A stretch of 64,000 bases of DNA from Bacteroidota bacterium (GTDB taxonomy: Bacteria > Bacteroidota > Bacteroidia > Bacteroidales > JAAAOM01). The translations under genes were made by a program, and so were the position numbers. Shown here in pieces: positions 31,323-40,341 of the stretch. Position 1 is the first letter of the stretch. Each line of letters begins with the position of its first letter. Under the pieces are notes generated by a model. That model was not told the DNA's origin, did not search any database, and saw only the letters and a program-made list of their open reading frames with translations. The stretch is from assembly GCA_009908855.1 (NCBI GenBank), contig JAAAOM010000012.1:682-64681 (forward strand), read 5' to 3'.

Positions 31323-32276
31323 GTGAACCGGATCGATCGTCTGCATGCAATTCTGGTGCATTTACAAAGTAAGAAAGTAGTAACCGCAAGAGAAATTGCC
31401 GAACGTTTTACTATTAGTATACGAACGGTATACCGTGATATAAGAGCGCTTGAAGAAACAGGCGTACCCATTGGGGCAGAAGCAGGTTACGGTTATTATT
31501 TAGACAGTACCTATCACCTGCCACCGGTAATGTTTACCAATGAAGAAGCAGGATCGATTGTGCTGGCCGGAAAATTGCTGGAAAAGTTTTCCCAAAAAGT
31601 TATGAATAAATACTTTGAAGATGCCCTGTATAAAATTAAAGCCGTACTTAAATCAGCCGGCAAAGAACACCTGGAAAACCTCGATTCACGGGTTGAAATA
31701 CTCTATTCAGGCCGACCGGTGCAGGAGAAAAAAAATCTTTATCTCGATAAATTACAGCAATCCATTGCCGAAAAAAAGAAAGTAAAAATCCAATACCATT
31801 CACAATATAATAATGCGCATAGCGAGCGTGTTATTGAACCCATCGGACTTTGTTATTATTCTTTTAGCTGACATGTGATTGCCTATTGTAATTTAAGAAA
31901 CGATTACCGCGATTTCAGACTTGACCGCATTCAATCCCTTATCATCACCTCCGAAAAGTATGAGATACTCAATCGACAAAACCTGAGAGATTATTTGGAT
32001 AACCTTACACTTACAAACCAGGTAATACAGGTAGAACTCAAAATTAATAAAATTATATATCCTTACATTACCAATACAAAATACTATTATGGTTTTGTTG
32101 ATGAAAAGGAATCAGATGACCATTATGTATGTACATTTTTAAATGATGACCACAGCTACATGGCGCACTGGATCATTACTATGACCGATCATGTAGAAAT
32201 TGTGAAACCACTAAGTTTAAAGGAGAAAACCGAAGAATTAGTAGCTGCACTTCAAAACCATTACTTTCGGGAATAG
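31323..32276 (+). pseudogene. YafY-family HTH-WYL-WCX regulator interrupted by an in-frame TGA at 31869-31871
   Basis: GTG-NRIDRL...RTVYRDI..L HTH; ...YYSFS*HVIAYC...RDFRLDRI continues in the same frame; the stop sits at the conserved Trp position. Confidence 0.85.
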
Positions 32277-32337
32277 TATTCATCACATTTTACATAAATT
32301 AAGTATATTGCATGTTTTCATGTAAAATGTTAAAACC

Positions 32338-33459
32338 ATGCAGGATCGATATTACACTTCTTATTTCTCAACGCCCTCAAAATCTTCCAGACAGCATGAA
32401 AAATCATTAACCGGACCCAATGGATGGCTGTTATTTGTCGCTTGTAATTCAGGCATTCATCTGGCCGAAAAAGTGAAGAGCAGTTATGAAATGATTTATG
32501 GCGAAATTGAAAAAACACAGATGGAGATACCGTTGATAGGCAGCGATTCCAATCCGATTACCCGGGTATTTTCCGATTCAGAGACTTGTCCCCGCCTGCC
32601 TATTCATGTAGCCGGATCAGATGTATATGTTTTCCAGAGTGCCCATAACAAAGACTATGGCAACACTGCCAACGAAAATATCCAGCAACTCATTCAGGTT
32701 GTTCGTACACTGAAAACACACAGAGCCAATACCATTACGGTTGTATTACCATACCTGCCCTATTCGCGCCAGGACAAGCCCTCATTTATGAAAAGAGAAG
32801 CTGCCCTGGCCAGCTTATTTGCCGATCAGCTTAAAATTGCCGGTACCGATATATGCCTGACATATCATCCGCATACCTCAGCGGTTTATGGCTTTTTTGA
32901 ACCTGAGATCAAATTGGTAGCCCTTAGCGGCCTGGACCTGTTTAAAGCCGTATTCAAAAAATTTTATGGCGATAATGATACTGTAATTGTATCAACCGAT
33001 GCCGGAGGTGCAAAAGAAGTAATCTATTTTGCCGAAAAGTTATCCGTGAATTATGCCATATCCAGTAAATTTCGCAAACAGAAAGACTCAGCCAAAATTA
33101 TTGGTGTGGTGGGCGATATAACCAATAAAAAAAGAGCCATTGTAATTGATGACGAAACGGTAACTGCCAATTCATTAATCAACACGGTTCGTACACTCTA
33201 TGATAATTATGAAATTAAAGAAATTTATATCGCCCTTTCCCATTTTAAACTGGAAAAAGAAAACATTGACCGGCTAAAGGAAGTACATGCGAAATATGGT
33301 TTGAAGGAAGTACATATTACAGATACCATACCCCAGAATGAAAAACTTTTAAGTCAATATCCGTTTATTTACCAGCATACCTTAGCCGAAATAATTGCAG
33401 CCACGATTAACAAATTGCATTATAACGAATCGGTTAGCCAAATTTTTTCACGATTATAA
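32338..33459 (+). CDS. Divergent ribose-phosphate diphosphokinase (PRPP synthetase)-like protein
   Basis: FSDSE, PYLPYSRQDK, STDAGG, GDI..K.AIVIDD, ITDTIP; several canonical motifs altered. Confidence 0.8.
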   Translation: MQDRYYTSYFSTPSKSSRQHEKSLTGPNGWLLFVACNSGIHLAEKVKSSYEMIYGEIEKTQMEIPLIGSDSNPITRVFSDSETCPRLPIHVAGSDVYVFQSAHNKDYGNTANENIQQLIQVVRTLKTHRANTITVVLPYLPYSRQDKPSFMKREAALASLFADQLKIAGTDICLTYHPHTSAVYGFFEPEIKLVALSGLDLFKAVFKKFYGDNDTVIVSTDAGGAKEVIYFAEKLSVNYAISSKFRKQKDSAKIIGVVGDITNKKRAIVIDDETVTANSLINTVRTLYDNYEIKEIYIALSHFKLEKENIDRLKEVHAKYGLKEVHITDTIPQNEKLLSQYPFIYQHTLAEIIAATINKLHYNESVSQIFSRL

Positions 33460-33476
33460 TATTCCGCTTAATTGTT

Positions 33477-35366
33477 ATGAATGCGATATTGACAGATTTA
33501 GACCTACTTATCATTATCCTTTTTTTTGTTGTTATTGCAGTCATTACCATCTATTTTACCCGGCGTGCCGGCAGGGATACCCAACAGTTTTTCCTTTCCG
33601 GACGCAATTTGCCCTGGTATTTATCAGGCACCGCCATGGTGGCCACAACATTTGCCGCCGACACACCATTGGCAGTAACCGAATTGGTTGCCAAAAGCGG
33701 CATTGCCGGTAACTGGTTGTGGTGGAATATGGCCATTGGCGGATTGTTAACCGTTTTTTTCTTTGCCCGGTTGTGGCGAAGAGCCGGTATAATGACTGAC
33801 CTGGAATTTACAGAGATACGCTATGCCGGCAAACCGGCGGCTATTTTAAGAGGTTTCAGAGCAATCTATCTTGGGTTGTTCATGAATATTGTTATTCTGG
33901 CCTGGGTTCACAAGGCCATGGAAAAAATTTTTTTAATCGTATTCCCTGAAGCTCCCCCTTTTATGCTGGTGATTATACTGGCCGGTATGGCAGCCTTGTA
34001 TGCACTGTTGTCGGGCTTATTGGGATCCGTACGAACCGACAGTTTTCAGTTTGTATTTGCGTTGGCCGGATGCATCATTCTGGCAGTATTTGTTGTTAAA
34101 AACCCGGCTGTAGGCGGCATTGAAAATTTAAAAGCAGCCTTGCCTGCAGAGAGTCTTCATTTTTTCCCCACCATTTCAACGATATCTGCACCAGGTAAAA
34201 CCCTGTTTGCTATTGGAATAGGTGCGTTTGCCGCCTATGCGCTCATACAATGGTGGGCCAGCTGGTATCCGGGTAACGATCCGGGTGGTGGCGGATACAT
34301 CGCGCAACGTATGATGTCGGCCAAAGATGAAAAACACAGTATGCTGGGAACCTTATGGTTTAATATTGCTCATTATACATTACGGCCGTGGCCATGGATC
34401 ATTGTTGCCCTGGCTGCTTTGGTAATTTTGCCCAAAGCCTCATCAGAAAAGGAACTCGAAAAATTAAACCCCGGTTTATACCAGGCAGCCAAATCAATAC
34501 ATGAAGAAGGTGATGCCTATCAGAAACTACAACAACTCAATAATCCTGAATTAAACCATTTTTACCAGCAATATGAAAACACCGTTGATCCCGGAACCAT
34601 GTATCCCAAACTAATGGTGCGATATCTGCCTTCAGGTTTACTGGGTTTGCTAATTGCTGTTTTTATGGCTGCCTATATGTCCACCATTGCATCCCAATTA
34701 AATTGGGGGACTTCGTACATTGTCCACGATTTTTATAAACGTTTTTTACACAAACACAAAACGGAGAAACATTATGTGGCCATATCCCGGTTAACTATTG
34801 TGGTGTTGGTTACATTATCATTAATTCTGGCAAATACTGTATTACATACCATCTCAGGCGCCTGGGTATTCATTATTAATGCCAGTGCAGGTATTGGTGG
34901 CGTATTGATACTGCGTTGGTATTGGTGGCGCATTAATGCCTGGAGTGAAATTAGTGCCATGCTCGCTCCGTTAATTTTTTACCCTGTATCAGTCTATATA
35001 TTCCGGTTAGAACCACCATTAAGTATGTATCCTACCGTCGGATTTTCAACACTTACATGGGTCATTGTAACCTTTCTCACAAAACCCGAATCAACAGAAG
35101 TACTGACATCATTTTGTAAAAAAATCAGACCCGCCGGTCCCGGATGGAAAACATTTCATGCCACCTTTAAACCTGATTCCGGAGATGAAATCAGACGTAA
35201 TTTGATTTGCTGGATGCTAAGTGTAATAGCCATTTATGGTGCACTTATCGGTACGGGTAAAATCATTTTCAGGGAATATGTACATGGTATTGTCGGACTG
35301 GCCGCTTGTTTAATTTCAGGCATGATTATTTATCGAATCCTCTCTAAAAAGGAGAAAAATATTTAG
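33477..35366 (+). CDS. Sodium:solute symporter family protein
   Basis: FFLSGRNLPW, MVATTFAADTP, QRMMSAKDE, AAYMST; about 14 TM helices. Confidence 0.92.
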   Translation: MNAILTDLDLLIIILFFVVIAVITIYFTRRAGRDTQQFFLSGRNLPWYLSGTAMVATTFAADTPLAVTELVAKSGIAGNWLWWNMAIGGLLTVFFFARLWRRAGIMTDLEFTEIRYAGKPAAILRGFRAIYLGLFMNIVILAWVHKAMEKIFLIVFPEAPPFMLVIILAGMAALYALLSGLLGSVRTDSFQFVFALAGCIILAVFVVKNPAVGGIENLKAALPAESLHFFPTISTISAPGKTLFAIGIGAFAAYALIQWWASWYPGNDPGGGGYIAQRMMSAKDEKHSMLGTLWFNIAHYTLRPWPWIIVALAALVILPKASSEKELEKLNPGLYQAAKSIHEEGDAYQKLQQLNNPELNHFYQQYENTVDPGTMYPKLMVRYLPSGLLGLLIAVFMAAYMSTIASQLNWGTSYIVHDFYKRFLHKHKTEKHYVAISRLTIVVLVTLSLILANTVLHTISGAWVFIINASAGIGGVLILRWYWWRINAWSEISAMLAPLIFYPVSVYIFRLEPPLSMYPTVGFSTLTWVIVTFLTKPESTEVLTSFCKKIRPAGPGWKTFHATFKPDSGDEIRRNLICWMLSVIAIYGALIGTGKIIFREYVHGIVGLAACLISGMIIYRILSKKEKNI

Positions 35367-35576
35367 TTGAACAGCTTTTCTGATACTAAACACCTTATCA
35401 ATACCGTTTAAGCGGTTGATTCACGGGTTTTACCTGTACATTGAACGACTTTGGTCAGGAGATTCCCGGGTTTCATAAATAAATAAAACTATCGTAACGT
35501 AATATTGATCATTTTTCTCTTATTTTGTTATGTAGAATAAGAATAATAACTCTCGAACTCTTAAACCAACAAAATT

Positions 35577-36254
35577 ATGGCAAGTAAACTAATGGACCCG
35601 ATAGGACGATTGATGGGACTGCGTTATAAATCTCATCCGTGGCATGGTGTGGATATTGGGCCTGATGCACCTTCGGTATTAACCTGTTTTATTGAAATGG
35701 TGCCCACCGACACCGTGAAATACGAGGTGGATAAAAGCAGCGGCTATCTAAAAATCGACCGGCCCCAGAAATACTCCAATGTAGTACCGGCATTATACGG
35801 TTTTATTCCGCAGACATACAGCGGACCGAAAGTAGCAGAATACGCCATGGAAAAAACCGATAAGGAAGATATTAATGGTGATAGTGATCCCATTGATATT
35901 TGTATTCTCACAGAAAAAGAAATTGTACATGGTGATATTTTGGTAGAAGCCAGGCCGCTTGGCGGATTTAGAATGATCGACGGCAATGAGGCCGATGATA
36001 AAATTATTGGTGTATTGAACCATGATGCCGTTTACGGTGATTATAAAGATATGAATGACATCCCGCCATTGGTTATTGACCGGTTAAAGCATTATTTTCT
36101 TACCTATAAAGACCTGCCCGGAAATAAAGCCAATACCGAAATAACGCATATTTACGGAGTAGATGAGGCAAAAGACCTGATTAGCCGTTCCATGTCCGAT
36201 TATCACGAAAAATTCACCAACCTCGATCAAATGCTTTCTGCCGTTACCATATAA
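35577..36254 (+). CDS. ppa: Family I inorganic pyrophosphatase
   Basis: HPWHG, KYEVDK, YGFIPQT, DSDPID, DDKI. Confidence 0.93.
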   Translation: MASKLMDPIGRLMGLRYKSHPWHGVDIGPDAPSVLTCFIEMVPTDTVKYEVDKSSGYLKIDRPQKYSNVVPALYGFIPQTYSGPKVAEYAMEKTDKEDINGDSDPIDICILTEKEIVHGDILVEARPLGGFRMIDGNEADDKIIGVLNHDAVYGDYKDMNDIPPLVIDRLKHYFLTYKDLPGNKANTEITHIYGVDEAKDLISRSMSDYHEKFTNLDQMLSAVTI

Positions 36255-36463
36255 TTCGGTTTATTGATCTAAAAGGTTGTCCATTCCGTCAGTGACTTTC
36301 GGCGGATTAAACAGGAAATAAATAGCTGCAAACGGATGGGAATGTGGGGAGGCCGGGATTTTGAAAACCAACCTAACCTATCAAGCCGTTGTGATTGAGA
36401 GTAAATATACAAAACCCTGCCACATCCGCATAACTTATCCAGGAAGTACCGGCGGTAATTTAC

Positions 36464-36592
36464 GCCCAAACGTTTGGCGGTGACAAGTAAGGGATTTCGG
36501 ACTTCGTTCGTATACCCCGTTACCGAAGTTGATGCGGGAAACAAAGCTTAGCATACCACTGAAACCCTTATTTGCTATACCGTGTGTTGGCA
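36464..36592 (-). repeat. attC-like recombination site (about 129-bp imperfect inverted repeat)
   Basis: Minus strand: TGCCAAC-acacggtatagcaaataagggtttc...gaaatcccttacttgtcaccgccaaac-GTTTGGGC, 15 nt after the rhuM stop. Confidence 0.7.
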
Positions 36593-37671
36593 TTTCGTGC
36601 ATTATTCTTATCTTTTCAATCGTTTCACTTCTTTATCAAAATCGGAAGTGTAATTCTTATCTTGAATTTTTCTATACTTATCATACTCTTGTTCAGCTTT
36701 TAATTTAGCCTCTAAAGCACTAACTTTTCCTTTATCCTTCAGAATCGGGTAGTTTGATAATTCCAAGAATTGATGCAAAAAATTAATCCAATCCTGCATG
36801 TTAGTCGGTATCTGTCTTTCTGCTCTTGCCTCAGCTAAATCAAGGTAAGCTGAAACAATCCGATTAAGTTCTTTAATATGCTGTTCGTTTAAGTAGTTTT
36901 TAGCAATCGACACATCAGATTTTAATATTTTACCATCTGGCGAATGTTTCTAATTGGTCAATCCCATGTATATTTTTGTAGCATCAGCCGATGAATAAAT
37001 AATCTCCGCAGCAGTTTTACCAGTTATAGCCCAATGTAATTTGTTTTGAACAGTGGCAAAAAAGTCCTTAGTCAACGTATCAGTATTATTATAATCAATC
37101 GACAAAGCATAAATGTCCGTAATCTTTTGATAGAATCTTCTCTCACTGGCTCGAATCTCTCGAATCCGTTCAAGAAGCTCATCAAAATAATCTTTACCAA
37201 AATGCTTGCCTTGTTTTAACCGTTCATCATCTAATACAAATCCTTTTGTTATAAACTCGTTTAATACCTTGGTGGACCAAATTCGAAATTTTGTTGCTTT
37301 ATTTGAATTTACCCTGTATCCAACAGCAATTATTGTGTCTAAATTGTAAAATGTTGTCTTATATTTTTTCCCATCATCTGCAGTATGTTCCAAAATGGAA
37401 CTAACTGAACTTTCCTCCAATTCTCCTGATTCAAAGATATTTTTTAGATGTTTTGTTATCGCAGGTCTTTGAACTCCAAATAATTCAGCAATTTTCTTTT
37501 GGGTCATCCAAAAAGTCTCGTCCTGAAAGATGACCTCTATTTTTATAACTCCATCATCAGATTGGTAAAATATAATTTCGGATTCTTTTGTCATTTAAGT
37601 TTTAATCTCAAATATACACAATTTCACCTCGCTTCAAGATTGCACTGTCGCTTCTCTGCATGAATGCCAAC
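36471..37671 (-). mobile_element. Putative integron-like single gene cassette carrying rhuM
   Basis: Starts with GTTGGCATTCATGC (37671-37658) and ends in a site beginning GCACGAAATGCCAAC; the two ends are near-complementary. Confidence 0.6.
36608..37594 (-). pseudogene. rhuM: Virulence RhuM-family protein interrupted by an in-frame TAG at 36950-36952
   Basis: WMTQKKIAELF, YNLDTIIAVGYRVNS, IREIRASERRFYQK, MGLTN*KHSPDGKILKSDVSIAKNYL; homologs have Trp at the stop. Confidence 0.88.
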
Positions 37672-37716
37672 ACCAGTATAGTGTTAGAATAATTACCTAT
37701 AATAAAAATACAAGCA

Positions 37717-38256
37717 TCATTTACGCTTGTAAAACCTGTACTGATAACCCAGTATTATACCCGCAATGGCACCAATCAAATGTCCCTCCCATGAAATTGG
37801 CTCATCGGTGGGTAATACACCGTATATTAATCCGCCATAAAGCAAAATAATAATCAGTGCAATAATGAATGACCTGAATGAACCACTGAACAAGCCAATA
37901 GCAATAAGAAATGCCGCAATAGAGTAAATCAGCGCACTTGCGCCAATATGTATTACCGGACGCGCAAAAATCCAGATCAATAAACCTCCCAACAACCAGC
38001 TCAGAACAACAATTTGCACTGCAATCCGCCTGTAGAATATCCAGAGAACAGTTAGCAGAACAAACAATGTAATGGTATTGGAAATAATATGTTGCAGATT
38101 ACCATGCAGCAAAGGAGCAGTTACTATTCCAATGAGTCCGTAAACATTGCGCGGATAAATACCAAACCGTGCCAGCTGGAGGTGAAAAAACATATCCGCC
38201 AGGAACACAGCCCAGATCAACAATATTAAATTCAGCGGTTTTTGGATCAGTCGCAT
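37717..38256 (-). CDS. Rhomboid-family intramembrane serine protease
   Basis: APLLHG..QH..SN, HIGASA, SWEGHLIGAIAG. Confidence 0.9.
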   Translation of the reverse strand: MRLIQKPLNLILLIWAVFLADMFFHLQLARFGIYPRNVYGLIGIVTAPLLHGNLQHIISNTITLFVLLTVLWIFYRRIAVQIVVLSWLLGGLLIWIFARPVIHIGASALIYSIAAFLIAIGLFSGSFRSFIIALIIILLYGGLIYGVLPTDEPISWEGHLIGAIAGIILGYQYRFYKRK

Positions 38257-38352
38257 TTTTTTGTTCTAAAATAATTGATTTCAAGTTAATTTTTTTGTAA
38301 CTTATGGTGTTTTGCACACAATTCCCGATTTTTAACTTAAACTGCCCGCTTT

Positions 38353-38721
38353 ATGATTGAAAAAACACAAATTAGCACACTGGCAAAAGAATATAAACTC
38401 TGGCGAAATAAATTAGATAATTACCTGACCGAATGTATTGCCTTAAAGGAATCAATACGGGAAATATATAACATTGATAATGATATAACCACCAAGCTCA
38501 TTCCATTTGAAAGCGCGGTGAACAATAAAATTGTACACATAAAGGACCTGATTGCCAAAATAAGGATACAGGAAGAAGAAGCCCACTTCATAATGGTAAA
38601 CAGACCTAAAAAAGTGGAGTACTACCGCCAGCAACAAGAAAAATTAAGAGAGGAGATGAAGAAATTACACAAGGAACATCTCGGTTTGCTGGATGATTTT
38701 TTTAATGAAGTTATTGTTTAG
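38353..38721 (+). CDS. Hypothetical helical/coiled-coil protein
   Basis: 122-aa ORF filling the gap; heptad-like charge pattern. Confidence 0.6.
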   Translation: MIEKTQISTLAKEYKLWRNKLDNYLTECIALKESIREIYNIDNDITTKLIPFESAVNNKIVHIKDLIAKIRIQEEEAHFIMVNRPKKVEYYRQQQEKLREEMKKLHKEHLGLLDDFFNEVIV

Positions 38722-39784
38722 CGCCCATTAGCAATCCTTCACTTACACCAAAAGTCTTTTCAAGGTTCTTTTTATTAACGCCATTTGAGATTACCAACAA
38801 ATAGTCGTTCATGGCTACCCTGGTTCCTTTAGCAGGGTTTTTCAGAAGTTGTCTGTTGCCTTTTTCATCGATCTTTACAAGCCCGAGCAACACACTGTCA
38901 TGCATCTTTTTAAGTTCCATAAAAACCTCCAAATAATCGTTGTTCACAAAGGGATTAGATTGTGTAACACGGTATTGTTGAATATCAAAATCCGTTTCGT
39001 TGACTGATGTAGCAATTAAATCCTCGGTAAATGTACCCACATCGGGTTCAAATATATAACTCGCCACCAGTCGGGAGGCAATTTCATTACGAGCCAACAC
39101 GTATTTCGCACCAATGGATTGAAAGGTTTCCTTCAGTTCAGCATTATCCAGTGAGACAACAAAATCGGCGGTGTTAAAGTGTTTTCGCATGTTTATGAGG
39201 AATACCAACGCCTCCGAATCATCCTGGCGATTGATAAATACTGAGCGTGCCTGTTTAATATTTACCTTTTGGTAGGCATCGTAATTGGTAAACTCTGTAT
39301 ATAATACAAAAACCTGTTGATTTTCATAAAGGTCTTTAATCACATCCAAATCGGCTTTTGAATTGGTAACAATGGCCACGTCATTTCCAGCGCTTACAAT
39401 CTGGTTCACCACCATCCGTCCAAAATTATTCCAGCCAATCACTACAAAATGGTTCCTGAAATCGGTTCCGTAAAAACCTTCCTTTTTCTTTTCCATATAA
39501 TTGCGAATTTCATTTGAAATATTTCCAATAAGATATCCCACCAGTCCTAAACTTGAAATCACCAGAAACAAGCCCAATATTTTACCCTGTGGGGTAACCG
39601 GATACTGATCACCATAGCCAACGGTTGATAAGGTTACAATTGAATACCATATAGCATCCCAAATTGTTTTTATACTGGAAGACTCATGCGGTGCTTCAAA
39701 GTAGACGATAATTCTTAATACAACGAGAAAAAGAATAATAAATCCCGAATAAATGGTGATCCTACGTACAAGTTTGCGCGGCAT
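38711..39784 (-). CDS. Two-TM potassium channel with RCK (TrkA-N) domain
   Basis: Selectivity filter TVGYGD; HFVVIGW Rossmann start. Confidence 0.92.
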   Translation of the reverse strand: MPRKLVRRITIYSGFIILFLVVLRIIVYFEAPHESSSIKTIWDAIWYSIVTLSTVGYGDQYPVTPQGKILGLFLVISSLGLVGYLIGNISNEIRNYMEKKKEGFYGTDFRNHFVVIGWNNFGRMVVNQIVSAGNDVAIVTNSKADLDVIKDLYENQQVFVLYTEFTNYDAYQKVNIKQARSVFINRQDDSEALVFLINMRKHFNTADFVVSLDNAELKETFQSIGAKYVLARNEIASRLVASYIFEPDVGTFTEDLIATSVNETDFDIQQYRVTQSNPFVNNDYLEVFMELKKMHDSVLLGLVKIDEKGNRQLLKNPAKGTRVAMNDYLLVISNGVNKKNLEKTFGVSEGLLMGAKQ

Positions 39785-39873
39785 ACAGGTCTGTTTAGGA
39801 ATGAGCCCGAAAAATAAGGAGAATGATGATGATTTACAATACTTTCCTTTAAACCGACTCTGTTAAAATCGAG

Positions 39874-40281
39874 TTATGTACGTTTTGGCTTATAAACCAG
39901 CCCCAGCACCAATCCCGAAATTAAAAACTGCAACAAACCATAAATCATCCATTGAATGGTTAGTTCAAAGGGTATGGGATATACGACATGTTGATTTAAA
40001 ACGCCTGCCGAACTTATCATCAAACCGGATAACAGGCCAAAAATAAAACCGCTTATCAGGTTATAACTTTTTGACCATTGTGTATAGATTAGAACAAAGA
40101 AAGAAACAAACAACAGATCAGCCAGATACATAAGCCATAAGTATTGCATCATATCAGATCGCCAAAGGGTACTGATATTTTGATACGCATCCATTAACAG
40201 CACACTATGAATAAGGTAACTAAGAATTTCATAAGTAAGAAACACCAAAAGGACGGTGATTAAATAGCGTTTAACATTCAT
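39874..40281 (-). CDS. Hypothetical 4-TM membrane protein
   Basis: Four hydrophobic segments in 135 aa. Confidence 0.7.
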   Translation of the reverse strand: MNVKRYLITVLLVFLTYEILSYLIHSVLLMDAYQNISTLWRSDMMQYLWLMYLADLLFVSFFVLIYTQWSKSYNLISGFIFGLLSGLMISSAGVLNQHVVYPIPFELTIQWMIYGLLQFLISGLVLGLVYKPKRT

Positions 40282-40341
40282 AATTAAGTAGTATTGGTTT
40301 GGAAGTTAAATTATGAAATAAAGAGACAGAAGTCAACCATA

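Noticed and set aside
36419-36429. 11-nt match (GCCACATCCGC) to the 5' end of the tRNA-Leu, possible att duplication
   Set aside because: Too short; integrative elements usually duplicate tRNA 3' ends, and the intervening DNA is housekeeping
36269-36544. 91-aa ORF downstream of rhuM
   Set aside because: Runs through the attC-like repeat, has no recognisable motif and a non-ATG start
31869-36952. Genome-wide stop-codon reassignment (TGA or TAG read as Trp)
   Set aside because: TGA ends ribD, clpX and the PP2C sensor, TAG ends trpB and tig, RF2 with its UGA frameshift is intact, and other Trp residues use TGG
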